64,000 nt of DNA. Source: Heptranchias perlo. Its lineage: Eukaryota. Both the position numbers and the translations under genes were made by a program. The notes beneath the pieces were generated by a model that worked only from the letters and a program-made list of their open reading frames with translations, was not told where the DNA came from and ran no database searches. Every line of letters begins with the position of its first letter. The first letter of the stretch is position 1. Of this stretch, positions 28,111 through 39,299 are shown piece after piece. The stretch is from NCBI RefSeq assembly GCF_035084215.1, contig NW_027139264.1:1-64000 (forward strand). The letters are read 5' to 3'.

Positions 28111-28944
28111 GGAATTTAGAAGCCAAATTTGAGCAAAGATCCAGTTTTCACTGATGTAAACAAAGAGCAGGCCCGGTCGGGGAATGGGCAGTGGGCCCAG
28201 GTAAGTTTAAACTTGCAGCTTGAACTTGTGGGTAGGGGTAAAATGCACCCACTATTAGAGCCAGGGAACTTAAACAGTGGAAGAGAGGAGATTGGGGGAG
28301 AATGGGCAAAGGATGGCAATGGATGACCAAGGATAGGATTGTCCAGCAAAGGAGCTCCCGAGGGAGCAGCCAGCCCAGGAGCCATCTTGTTAACAGTAGG
28401 AATCGTAGGAACATAACATTGTACAGCACAGAAGAAGGCCATTTGGCCCATCATGCTATGCTGGCTCTCTGAAAGCGCTACCCACTTTCTCCTGACCTTT
28501 GCCCAGACTCTTTTAAAAAGAAAAATTAAAAAAAATATTTATCCACTTTCCTTTGAGCAGCTATTGTGGGACCTGTTCCCCCCTCTGGTCGGGCAGTCTG
28601 ACCAATGCTTTCCTGCTCCAGAACTCCTGGGAGCTCCTAACGGAAGCTGCCACTTCACCAAGCTCTGAGCTTCCAGCTAGTAAAATGAATGGTGGGAGAA
28701 TCACGGCTGAGGAATTTTCCAACGTGGGCTCGTGGTGTCCGCTTGGAGCATTGAAGCAGGAAATCCCAGCCTCCGTCTCCGAACATCCCTCTCCATTAAC
28801 AAAATTCCCCCTAATCTCTCCCTTTGCTCTTGACCTTAAATTTATGCCCTCTAGTTTCCGACTTACTGACCAACAGAAAGTGTTTATTCTCTTTATTTTC
28901 CAACCCCCTGAGAGTTTGGACCCCTCTATCAGATCCCCTTGACC

Positions 28945-29610
28945 ATTAGCAATTCGGAAGGCAAATGGTATGTCGGCCTTTATTACAAGAGGATTGGAGT
29001 GCAGGAGTAAAGATGTCTTACTGCAATTATACAGGGCCTTGGTGAGACCACACCTGGAGTATTGTGTGCAGTTTTGGTCTCCTTACCTAAGAAAGGATAT
29101 ACTTGCCGTAGAGGAAGTGCAACGAAGGTTCACCAGACTGATTCCTGGGATGGCAGGATTGTCGTATGAGGAGAGATTGAGTAGACTAGGCCTGTATTCT
29201 CTAGAGTTTAGAAGAATGGGAGGTGATCTCATTGAAACATACAAAATTCTTACAGGGCTCGACAGGGCAGACGCAGGGAGGATGTTTCCCTTGGCTGGGG
29301 CGTCTAGGACCAGGGGTCACAGTCTCAGAATAAGGGGTAGGTCATTTAGGACTGAGATGAGGAGAAATTTCTTCACTCAGAGGGTGGTGAATCTTTGGAA
29401 TTCTCTACCCCAGAGGGCTGTGGAGGCTCAGTCATTGAGTACATTCAAAACAGAGATCGATAGATTTCCAGATATTAAAGGCATCAAGGGATATGGGGAT
29501 AGTGCAGGAAAATGGGGTTGAGGTAGGAGATCAGCCATGATCTGATTGAGTGGTGGAGCAGGCTCGAGGGGCCGGATGGCCTACTCCTGTTCCTGTTTCT
29601 TATGTTCTTA
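28945..29610 (+). mobile_element. CR1 LINE 3' fragment
   Basis: LYRALVRPHLEYCVQFWSPYLRKD...FFTQRVVNLWNSLP...GYGDSAGKWG followed by a CR1-type 3'UTR. Confidence 0.92.
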
Positions 29611-29664
29611 TCTCTGTACCAATGAAAAGAATCCCAGTCTGTTCTCATAACTCAAGCCTCTCAT

Positions 29665-30305
29665 CGGAACCTAGGTATAGCAGGAGGCCATTCAGCCCCT
29701 CGAGCCTGTTCTGCCATTCAATTACATCATGGCTTGATGCATATCTTAACTCCATCTACCAGCCTTGATTCCGTATCCCTTAATACCCTTACCTGACAGA
29801 AATCCATCAATCTCAGTTTTGAAATTTTCAATTGACCCCCAGCCTCAACAGCTTTTTGGGGGAGAGAGTTCCAGATTTCCACTCCCCTTTGTGTGTTGAA
29901 GAGTTTCCTGACATCACCCCTGAACGGCCTAGCTCTAATTTTAAGGTTACGCCCCCTTGTTCTGGACTCCCCCCACCAGAGGAAATAGTTTCTCTCTATC
30001 TACCCTATCAAATCCTTTAATCATCTCAAACACCTCAATTGGATCACCCCTTAATCTTCTACACTCAAGGGAATACAAGCCTCGTCGATGCAACCTGTCC
30101 TCATAATTTAACCCTCTAAGCCCCGGTATCATTCTGCTAAATCTCCAAGGCCAATCTATCCTTCCTGAGGTGCGGTTCCCAGAACTGAACACAGTATCTC
30201 CAGATGTGGTCTGACCAGAGCTCTGAACAGCTGGAACATAACTTCCTCCCCTTTGTATTCCAGCCCCCGAGATAAAGGCCAACGTTCCATTAGCCATTCC
30301 ATTTT
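29665..30305 (-). mobile_element. CR1 LINE 3' fragment
   Basis: LFRALVRPHLE and YEDRLHRRGLYSLECRRLRGD. Confidence 0.88.
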
Positions 30306-30429
30306 TGTAGCTGTCCACCAGATTCCCTGGGATCGCCCGAGCAAATCTCTTCCCGACCTTCTCCGTGAGCTTGACATCCTCTTCAACACATGGTATCCAA
30401 AATCGGACGCAACGTCCTCACTGTGGCCT

Positions 30430-31255
30430 AATATGGGAAAATGTGGAGTCATCCACTTTGGGAGGAAAAATAAAAAAGCAAAATATTATTTGAATGGAGA
30501 AATAATACAAAATGCTGCGGTACAGAGGGATCTGGGTGTCCTCCTACATGAAACACAAAAAGTCAACATACAGGTGCAGCAGGTAATCCGGAAGGCAAAC
30601 GGAGTATTGGCCTTTATTTCTAGGGGGATGGAGTATAAAAGCAGGGAAGTCATGCTACAACTGTACAGGGTGCTGGTGAGACCACACCTGGAGTACTGCG
30701 TACAGTTCTGGTGACCTTATTTAAGGAAGGACATACTTGCATTGGAGGCAGTTCAGAGAAGGTTCATGAGGTTGATTCCGGGTATGGAAGGGTTGTCTTA
30801 TGAGGAAAGATTGAACAGGTTGGGTCTATACTCATTGGAGTTTAGAAGAATGAGAGGAGATCTTATGAAAAATACAAGATTCTGAGGGGACTCGATAGGG
30901 TAGATGCTGAGAGGACGTTACCCCTCATGGGGGAATCTAAAACTAGGGGGCATAGTCTCAGAATAAGGGGTTGCCCGTTTAAGATGGAAATGAGGAGGAA
31001 TTTCTTCTCCCAGAGGGTTGTGAATCTTTGGAATTCTTTATCCCAAAAAGCTGTGGAGGCTGAGTCATTGAATACATTCAAGGCTGAGTTAGACAAATTT
31101 TTGATCAGCAAGGGAGTCAAACGATATGGGGAAAAGGCGGGAAAGTGGAGTTGAGGTAAAAATCAGATCAGCCATGATCTCATTGAATGGCGGAGCAGGC
31201 TCGAGGGGCTGAATGGCCTATTCCTGCTGCTATCTCTTATGGTCTTATGGTCTAA
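30430..31255 (+). mobile_element. CR1 LINE 3' fragment
   Basis: KCGVIHFGRKN...LVRPHLEYCVQFW...FFSQRVVNLWNSL...YGEKAGKWS with a tcttatgg repeat tail. Confidence 0.92.
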
Positions 31256-31340
31256 CCAGGCTCAGCATTAGCCGTTTCCACTTTGAGTTACTTATGATTA
31301 ACGTCATTTTTGAGACTGGTTTCTGTCTGTGATCCTGCAG

Positions 31341-31601
31341 ATTTCCACATCCTCGCATTTTACTACATACTGAGCCGTGGCGGGGCCGAGATGCCCGAGT
31401 ACAGCTTGGTCGCGATGCTCGATGACTATGAGATAGTGTATTTCGACAGCACCCTGCAGCGGACTGTGCCCAGACAGCAGTGGATGGCCGACTCCTTCGA
31501 CAACCATCACTGGGACGCCATCGCCATCACAATGGCGGGGTTCCATGGTCTGGTCAGAGGAAACGCCGAGATATTTTACCGACAGCAACACGGTGCCTCG
31601 A
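31341..31601 (+). CDS. MHC class I-like gene, exon 2 (alpha1 domain)
   Basis: ctgcAG acceptor and A|GTGAGT donor, 261 bp, phase 1-1. (D)FHILAFYYILSRGGAEMPEYSLVAMLDDYEIVYFDSTLQRTVPRQQWMADSFDNHHWD... carries alpha1 hallmarks H3, DD, FDS, PRxxWM and W60. Confidence 0.95.
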
Positions 31602-31759
31602 GTGAGTATCCTCACAGATTCGGTGCAGCTATCGACTGACAGGAGGAAAGGATTTGTATCCATATAGAGCCTTATCCTGTCTCGGAGAAATGTCCTGAAC
31701 CACTTTACACCCATTAAATGACTTGGGATGACCTGGTCATTGGCACTATCTGGGAGTAA

Positions 31760-32650
31760 CATGGCAGACATTTTCTGCACAGCAAATGGCAATGAGATGA
31801 TTGATTTGTTCATCTGTTTTTATTGGTGTGGATTGAGGGAGAAATGGGAGCAATAGGTTCTTTTTATGTTCATTTGAACAGGAAGACGGGGCCTCGATTT
31901 AACGTCTCATCTGAAGGACGGCATCTCCGACAGTGCAGCACTACCTCAGTACTGCCTCTCCGACAATGCAGCACTCCCTCAGTACTGCCCCTCCGACAAT
32001 GCATCACTCCCTCAGTACTGCCTCTCCGACAGTGCAGCACTCCCTCAGTACTGCCTCTCCGACAATGCAGCACTACCTCAGTACTGCCCCTCCGACAATA
32101 CATCACTCCCTCAGTACTGCCCCTCCGACAATGCATCACTCCCTCAGTACTGCCTCTCCGACAAAGCAGCACTCCCTCAGTACTGCCCCTCCGACAATGC
32201 ATCACTCCCTCAGTACTGCCTCTCCGACAATGCATCACTCCCTCAGTACTGCCCCTCCGACAATGCATCACTCCCTCAGTACTGCCCCTCCGACAATGCA
32301 TCACTCCCTCAGTACTGCCTCTCCGACAATGCATCACTCCCTCAGTACTGCCCCTCCGACAATGCATCACTCCCTCAGTACTGCCCCTCCGACAATGCAG
32401 CACTCCCTCAGGACTGCCTCTCCGACAGTGCAGCGCTCCCTCACTACTTCCCCTCCGACAGTGCAGTGCTCCCTCAGTACTGCCTCTCCGACAGTGCAGC
32501 ACTCCCTCAGTACTGCCCCTCCGACAGTGCAGCACTCCCTCAGTACTGCCCCTCCGACAGTGCAGCGCTCCCTCAGTACTGCACTGGAGTGTCAGCCCAG
32601 ATTATGCGCTCAAATCTCTGGAGTGGGGCCTGAAACCACGACCTTCTTAC
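31760..32650 (-). mobile_element. Deu-domain SINE (SacSINE1-like) with an internal 33-bp segment amplified ~20 times (31925-32580)
   Basis: gggcctcgatttaacgtctcatctgaaggacggc is the reverse complement of the Deu-domain core as recalled; unit CTCCGACAGTGCAGCACTCCCTCAGTACTGCCC. Confidence 0.8.
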
Positions 32651-32948
32651 TCTCACCTCTAGTTCAGAAGGTTGTGGGTTCAAGACCCACTCCAGAGACT
32701 GGAGCACAAAATCTCGGCTGGCACTCCCAGTGCAGCACTGAGGGAGGGGCAGCACTGAGGGAGGGGCAGCACTGAGGGAGGGGCAGCACTGAGGGAGGGG
32801 CAGCACTGAGGGAGGGGCAGCACTGTGGGAGGGGCAGCACTGAGGGAGGGGCAGCACTGAGGGAGGGGCAGCACTGAGGGAGGGGCAGCACTGTGGGAGG
32901 GGCAGCACTGAGGGAGGGGCAGCACTGAGGGAGGGGCAGCACTGAGGG
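32650..32948 (+). repeat. SINE 5' head followed by a 17-bp minisatellite (CAGCACTGAGGGAGGGG, ~13 copies)
   Basis: B-box-like GGTTCAAGACC at ~32677; tandem 17-mers at 32733-32948. Confidence 0.75.
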
Positions 32949-33404
32949 ATTTGATGTGAGCACCTTGAACGTTGGAATGAAATCATCGCTGCCACTTGTT
33001 TCTCCTCTTCTAAAGCTGCGTTGCCAGGGTTACTAACAAACAGATGAAATCAGGACAGGCGGGTCCATCAAGCCTGTCCTGTCTTGGCACGGTGAAACAA
33101 CACACACACACACACCATCAGCACCCTCTCCCTCCCACAGTCACACAATCTCCTGGGAGAGGCCAAAGAAAGAGGATGAAACTGAGGCCAAGTTAGGAAA
33201 GCAAACACTCTGGGAGATTCCTCTGCGACCCCCCCCCCCAGGGAATCGAGGAAGGTGCAGGAGACCACAGTGTCTGATATCACTGGTCCCCATTAACCCC
33301 ACACACCTCCTATAACTCGAGATACTTTCTATTGGTCGCCAGTCCCCTTTCCAACACTTGCAGTCCACACACACACACTGTGCATGCAGGCAACTTGTTC
33401 ATCG

Positions 33405-35545
33405 AATCACAGAAAGGTGACAGCACGGAAGGAGGCCATTCGGCCCATTGAGTCCGTGCTGGTTCTATGCAAGTGCAATCCAGCTAGTCCCACTCCCCTG
33501 CCCTATCCCCGTAGCCCTGCAAATTTTTTCCTTTCATTACTTATCCAGTTCCCTTTTGAAGGCCACGATTGAATCTGCCTCCACCACCCCCTCGGGCCGT
33601 GCATTCCAGATCCTAACCACTCGCTGTGTAAAAAAGTTTTTCCTCAAGTCACCTTTGGTTCTTTTGCCAATCACCGTAAATCTATGACCTCTGGTTTTTA
33701 ACCCTTCCACCAATGGGAATAGTTTCTTCATGATTTTAAACACCTCTATCAAATCTCCTCGCAACCGTCTCTGTTCCAAGGAGAACAACCCCAGCTTCTC
33801 CAGTCTATCCACACAACTGAAGTCCCTCATCCCTGGAATCATTCTGGTAAATCTATTCTGCACCCTCTCTAAGGCCTTCACATCCTTCCTAAAGTGTGGT
33901 GCCCAGAACTGGACACCATACTCCAGTTGTGGCCGAACCAGTGTTTTATAAAGGTTCATCATGACTTCCATACTTTTGTACTCTATGCCTCGATTTATAA
34001 AGCCCAAGATCCCATATGCTTTTTTAACCACTTTCTCAACCTGCCCTGCTCCCTTGAATGATTTGTGCACATATACCCCCAGATCTCTCTGTTCCTGTAC
34101 CCTTTTAGAGTTGTGCCCTCTAGTTTATATTGCCTCTCCTCGTTCTTCCTACCAAAATGTATCACTTCGCATTTTTCTGCATTAAATTTCATCTGCCACG
34201 TGTCTGCCCATTCCACCAGCCTGTCTATATCCTCTTGAAATCTATCACTCTCCTCCTCACTGTTTACTACACTTCCAAGTTTTGTGCCATCTGCAAATTT
34301 TGGAATTGTGCCCTGTGCACCCAAGTCCAAGTCATTAATATTTATCAAGAAAAGCAGTGGTCCCAGCACCGACCCCTGGGGAACACCACTGTACACCTCC
34401 CTCCAGTCTGAAAAACAACCGTTCACCACTACTCTCTGTTTCCTGTCCCTTAGCCAATTTTGTATCCATGTTCCTACTGCCCCCTTTATTCCATGGGCCG
34501 CAATCTTGATGATAAGCCCACCATGCGGCACTTTATCAAACGCCTTTTGGAAGTCCATGTACATCACATCAACTGCATTGCCCTCATCTACTCTCTCTGT
34601 TACCTCATCAAAAAACTGTATCAGGTTAGTTGAATACGTTTTGCCTTTAAATCCATGCTGGCTTTCCCTAATCAATTCACACTCGTCCAAGTGACTGTTA
34701 ATTCTGTCCCGGATTATCGTTTCTAAAAGTTTCCCCACCACTGAGGTTAAACTGACTGACCTGTAGTTGCTGGGTTTGTCCTTACACCCTTTTTTTGAAC
34801 AAGGATATAACATTTGCAATTCTCCAGTCCTCTGGCACCACCCCTGTATCTACGGATGTTTGGAAGATTATGGCCAGTATCTCCGCAATTTCCACCCTTA
34901 CTTCCCTCAGCAACCTAGGATGCATCCCATCCAGACATGGTGACTTATCTACTTTAAGTACAGCTAGCCTTTCCAGTACCTCTTCTATATCAATTTTTAG
35001 CCCATCCAGTATCTCAACCATATCTTCCTTTACTGAGACTCTGGCAGCATCTTCTTCCTTGGTAAAAACAGATGCAAATTACTCATTTAGTACCTTGGCC
35101 ATCTCCTCTGCCTCCATGAGTAGATCTCCTTTATGGTCCCTAATCGGCCCCACCCCTCCTCTTACTACCTGTTTACTGTTTAGATGCCTATAGAAGACTT
35201 TTGGATTCCCTTTTATGTTGGCCGCCAGTCTATTCTCAGACTCTCTCTTTGCCCCTCTTATTTCCTTTTTCACTTCCCCTCTGAACTTTCTATATTCTGC
35301 CTGGTCCTCACTTGTATTATCAACCTGACATCTGTCATATGCCCCTTTTTTCTGTTTCATCTTACTCTCTATCTCTTTTGTCATCCAGGGAGCTCTGGCT
35401 TTAGTTGCCCTCCCTTTCCCCCTCGTGGAGACTGTACCCGAACCATCTCCTCCTTAAAGGCCGCCCGCTGTTCAATTACAGTTTTGCCTGACAATCTTTG
35501 ATTCCAATTTACCCGGGACCAGATCTGTTCTCATCCCGTTGAAAT
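33405..35545 (-). mobile_element. CR1 LINE, 5'-truncated and frameshifted ORF2
   Basis: NYRSVSLTSVVGK, YMDFQKAFDKVPH, GVPQGSVLGPLLF, KFADGTKL, FFTQRVVRIWN. Confidence 0.95.
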
Positions 35546-35644
35546 TCCAGAGATCGATGACTCTCTGTGACAATCTAACCTATTGCTAAGGTTAAAGTCC
35601 AAGACAGCAGGACATAAATGGAACCTCAACGTAACACAGCTGCT

Positions 35645-36157
35645 CAGGAGCATCGAAAGAGGAAGAGGCCATTCAGCCCCTCGAGCCTGCTCCACCATTC
35701 ATTTATATCATGGCTAATCTGCACCGTAACTCCATTTTCCAGCCTTTGCTTCCTATCCATCGATACCCTTACCTAACAAAAATTTAACAATCTCAGTCTT
35801 GAAAGCTCCAATGGGCCGCCAGCATCCCACAGCCTTTTGGGGGAGAGAGTTCCTGATTCCCACTCCCCTTTGTGTGATAAAGTGCTTCCTGATTTCACTC
35901 CTAAATGGCCTGGCTCTGAATCTAAGATCTTGATTCCCCCACCTGAGGAAATAGTCCCTCTGGAATTCCCTCCCTAAACCTCTCCGCCTCTCTCTCCTCC
36001 TTTAAGATGCTCCTTCAAACCTACCTCTTTGTCCAAGCTTTTGGTCACCTGTCCTAATATCTCCTTATGTGGCTCGGTGTCAAATTTTGTTTGTCAAGTG
36101 CCTTGTGATGTTTTACTCTGTGAAAGGCGCTATATAAATGCAAGTTGTTGTTGTTGT
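35645..36157. mobile_element. CR1 3' end (-) fused to an L2 3' end (+) with a (TTG)n tail, just upstream of the alpha2 exon
   Basis: aggccattcagcccctcgagcctg CR1 3'UTR; tttaagatgctccttcaaacctacctcttt...gctatataaatgcaagttgttgttgttg L2 tail. Confidence 0.75.
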
Positions 36158-36212
36158 ATGTACCCGATCGAACCCTTTTCACATTTTCAATTGACTTGAG
36201 TTGTTTCTCCAG

Positions 36213-36488
36213 GTGTTTTCTTTGTCCAGGGAATGTGTGGCTGCGAACTGAACAGCGACAACTCCACGGAGGGGTTTATAAAGTTTGGATATGACGGGGA
36301 GGACGCGTATGTTTTTGACAAGGACAGATTGAGTTGGATTGCGGTGAATCCAGAGTTCCAGACTTTAGCAGACCGGTGGAATGCGAACACCTTCATGAAC
36401 AAATACTTCAAGACCCTGTTGGAAAAGGACTGTGTGAAGTGGCTGCTGATATACCTTCGGGCTGGGCGAGAAGCACTACAGAGGAAAG
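36213..36488 (+). CDS. MHC class I-like gene, exon 3 (alpha2 domain)
   Basis: ttctccAG acceptor and AAAG|GTACC donor, 276 bp, phase 1-1. VQGMCGCEL...FGYDGED...W...RW...LEKDCVKWLLIYL...LQRK includes the C101-C164 pair. Confidence 0.97.
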
Positions 36489-36844
36489 GTACCTCGAGCG
36501 AGCGGGAACTGGAGGTGCCGTACAGGCAAAGTTTATATTCCCAGTCTGTCCTGAGCCAGCTGTTCCCGGACAGGGTAGCAGTGAGGGGTGCTGCACCTGG
36601 CCTCAGTACCCCTTGGGGTGGGTGGGGTGGGGATGGGGGAGATAATCGGGCAGGTGACCGAAATCCGATGACCTACTCAGTCTCCCCGGCTGGAAAGCCC
36701 GTGCGTGTTGACATCGGGTGAGGACGGGGTTCAACTAAATTGTAATACCCCCATGGTTGAATAGCGTCCTGGTCCTCACTGTGAAGGCTCACTCGTGAAC
36801 ACTGGGTGCTTGTGTGCGTTACCGGAACGTGACCCGTTACATGG

Positions 36845-37140
36845 AATTTACAACACAGAAACAGGCCATTCGGCCCAACAGGTCTATGCCAGTGTTATTG
36901 CTGCACCCTCCCTACTTCATCTCCCCCGATCAGCATATCCTTCTATTCCTTTCTCCCTCATGTGTTTATCCAGCTTCCCCTTAAAGGCATCTGTGCTATT
37001 CGCCTCAACTACTCCTTGTGAGAGCGAGCTCCACATTCAAACCACTCTCTGCGTTTCTCCTGAATTCCCCATTGGATTTATTAGTGACTCTCTTATATTT
37101 ATGGCCCCTCGTTCAGGCCTCTGCCACAAGTGGAAACATC
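36845..37140 (-). mobile_element. CR1 3' end, interrupted; resumes at 38799-38870
   Basis: acaggccattcggcccaac 3'UTR; gtggaaacatc joins atcttccctacgtctatcctatcaaaccc across the insertion. Confidence 0.7.
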
Positions 37141-38798
37141 GGGGGAAAAATTTGGATGTGGCCGTTTTTGGGCGGGGGCAGCGTGATGTGCTTTACCCCG
37201 TGTCCAATGGTCCCGGCGCAGGCAGGATGCAAGTTTCGACCCACCCGAGGACCGACCTGCGATCAGCGTTCCATCCCAGGCCTTGCATCTGGAATCAATG
37301 CAATTCACACTTTCCACCACCAGAGGGAGTCCAATCTCTTAAAGGGAGGATGTTTGTCAGAAATCTCTTAAAGGTAGCTGGTACCTGTTATTTGCTGAAA
37401 ATAACAGTCTGCACGGAGTCTGAACGGAGATCAGACATCACACACGTAAAACACGATGCAGGTCCCATCCCTATGTTTACACACTGATGAGTTATGTTAA
37501 AACATTGAATAAAGGTTGCACACTACTAAATCCCACATCCTCCAATCTGCACACCAGACCTCACCAATCTGCCGATCTGAGTTGGTACCAGGCCTGTGAG
37601 AGTGCATGCACCAGGGTTCTCTGCTGATGCACTAGAGGCCTTGGTGCAAGAGGTGGACAGAAGGAGGGACATCCTATATCCACAGTTGGTGGGGGGAGGG
37701 GGGCAAGAGGCCCTCCAGACAGATATCCAAAAGGCAGTGGGAGGCAGCGGGGGACGAAGTCAATCCCAGGCTCACAGCATCATGAACATGGATGTATTGC
37801 AGGAAGAAGTTCAATGCTTTGACATGAGTGGTCAAGGTGAGTGAGGTCAACTGTCAGGTGTTGTCTCCAACCAACTGCTCCACACACGACACCCCCATCA
37901 CCCACATACCAACAAACTCTTTCCATCAGTACTCAACTCTTCCCATCAGATGCTTCCTCTCACCCTTCCACATTACCACTGTTTCAAGCCGCCCACCCAC
38001 AACTCACAGGCCACACACACTGGCAGCTATTCAACCATGACAGGAACATCACCCAGACACAGGAGAAGGTGGCGCATATCAAGAGGCAGCAAGTGACAGT
38101 GGCATTCAGCCCCTCGAGCCTGTTCCACCATTCAATGAGATCATGGTGGACCTGTGACCTAACTCCATATACCCACCTTAGCCCCATATCCCTTAATACC
38201 CTTGGTTCACAGAAATCTATCAATCTCAGATTTAACATTCACAAGTGAGCTAGCATCAACTGCTGTCTGTAGAAGAGCGTTCCAAACATCTCCCACCCTT
38301 TGTGTGAAGAAGCATTTCCTAACTTCACACCTGCACATCCTGGCTCTAAATGTTTGGCTATGTCCCCGTGTCCCAGTATTCAAATGTAGGAGACCTCCGA
38401 AAACAGTTTTGAATGTCTTGGCAGCCAGAAGCAACAATCCAGCCACTAACCTGTAAATCCTGCATGGTCCCTTTAAATAGTGCCGGTGGGGGGTCCTCCA
38501 GGAACTGTAAGACACGTTCAGATGGTCGGGGTTAAGACTGTGCGTTGAGTTGAGCGTTAAGTCCCGAAATGGTGTCTATCACTTTAAATCAGCGTTGCAC
38601 ACTGATTGAAGCCATTTTCTCCCTACTTTACATGATTCCAGCGTTCGTTATCTGCGCCTGCGCTAACTCCTATACCAAGATGGCGTCTGGCGCACGTCAC
38701 GCTGGAAATGTGCGTGCGCATCCAAGACGCCATCTTGGATGTCGGAGAGGCCGTCTAGCGCCGAAACAACGGGCGCTACACGGCCCTATTTAGCGCCC
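37141..38798 (+). mobile_element. Degenerate PIF/Harbinger-type DNA transposon with a Myb/SANT-like gene remnant (37596-37836) and a nested CR1 fragment (~38098-38375)
   Basis: RVHAPGFSADALEALVQEVDRRRDILYP, then a shifted frame RQWEAAGDEVN..S*TWMYCRKKFNALT. Ends are GGG...CCC, flanked by ATC on both sides (3-bp target duplication). Confidence 0.65.
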
Positions 38799-39009
38799 AT
38801 CTTCCCTACGTCTATCCTATCAAACCCTTTCATAATCTTAACGACCTCTATCAGGTGACCCCTCAGCTGAACTCCGGTGAACTCCAGCTGTCTCTCAGCA
38901 TCAGTCATCTGCCTTCAGGCCGAGAAAATTGATGGTGGTGGGCGGGGTAGAAATGAAGGCAAAAGAAGAGAACTTGTCACCGATTGTACTCTTTGTTTAA
39001 ATCTCTCAG

Positions 39010-39282
39010 TCGCCCCTGAGGTGTTTATTGGGAAGAGGAGTGACGGGGACAGAGTGCTAAGGGTCTCCTGCCTTGTGTCGGGGTTCTACCCCTGGGCCAT
39101 CGAGGTGACTTGGTTGGGGAATGGCGAGGAGATCGCTGACATTGAATCCAGTGACGTGCTGCCCAACCAGGATATGACCTATCGGGTACTGAAAACGATC
39201 GAGCTGAGTGGAGACGACAGGAAGAGCTACTCCTGTCATATCGAGCACGCCAGCCTCCTGCGGGGGATCAACGTACCCTGGG
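39010..39282 (+). CDS. MHC class I-like gene, exon 4 (alpha3, Ig C1-set domain)
   Basis: ctctcAG acceptor and TGGG|GTGAGT donor, 273 bp, phase 1-1. VAPEVF...VSCLVSGFYPWAIEVTW...VLPNQDMTY...YSCHIEHASL...VPW matches the Ig/MHC YxCxxxH signature. Confidence 0.97.
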
Positions 39283-39299
39283 GTGAGTGGCAAATCGGG

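Noticed and set aside
31823-32995. Cys/His-rich repeat proteins (RQCSTPSVLPL, MHHSLSTAPPT; also at 44173-44982)
   Set aside because: These are translations of SINE-derived 33-bp and 17-bp tandem repeats.
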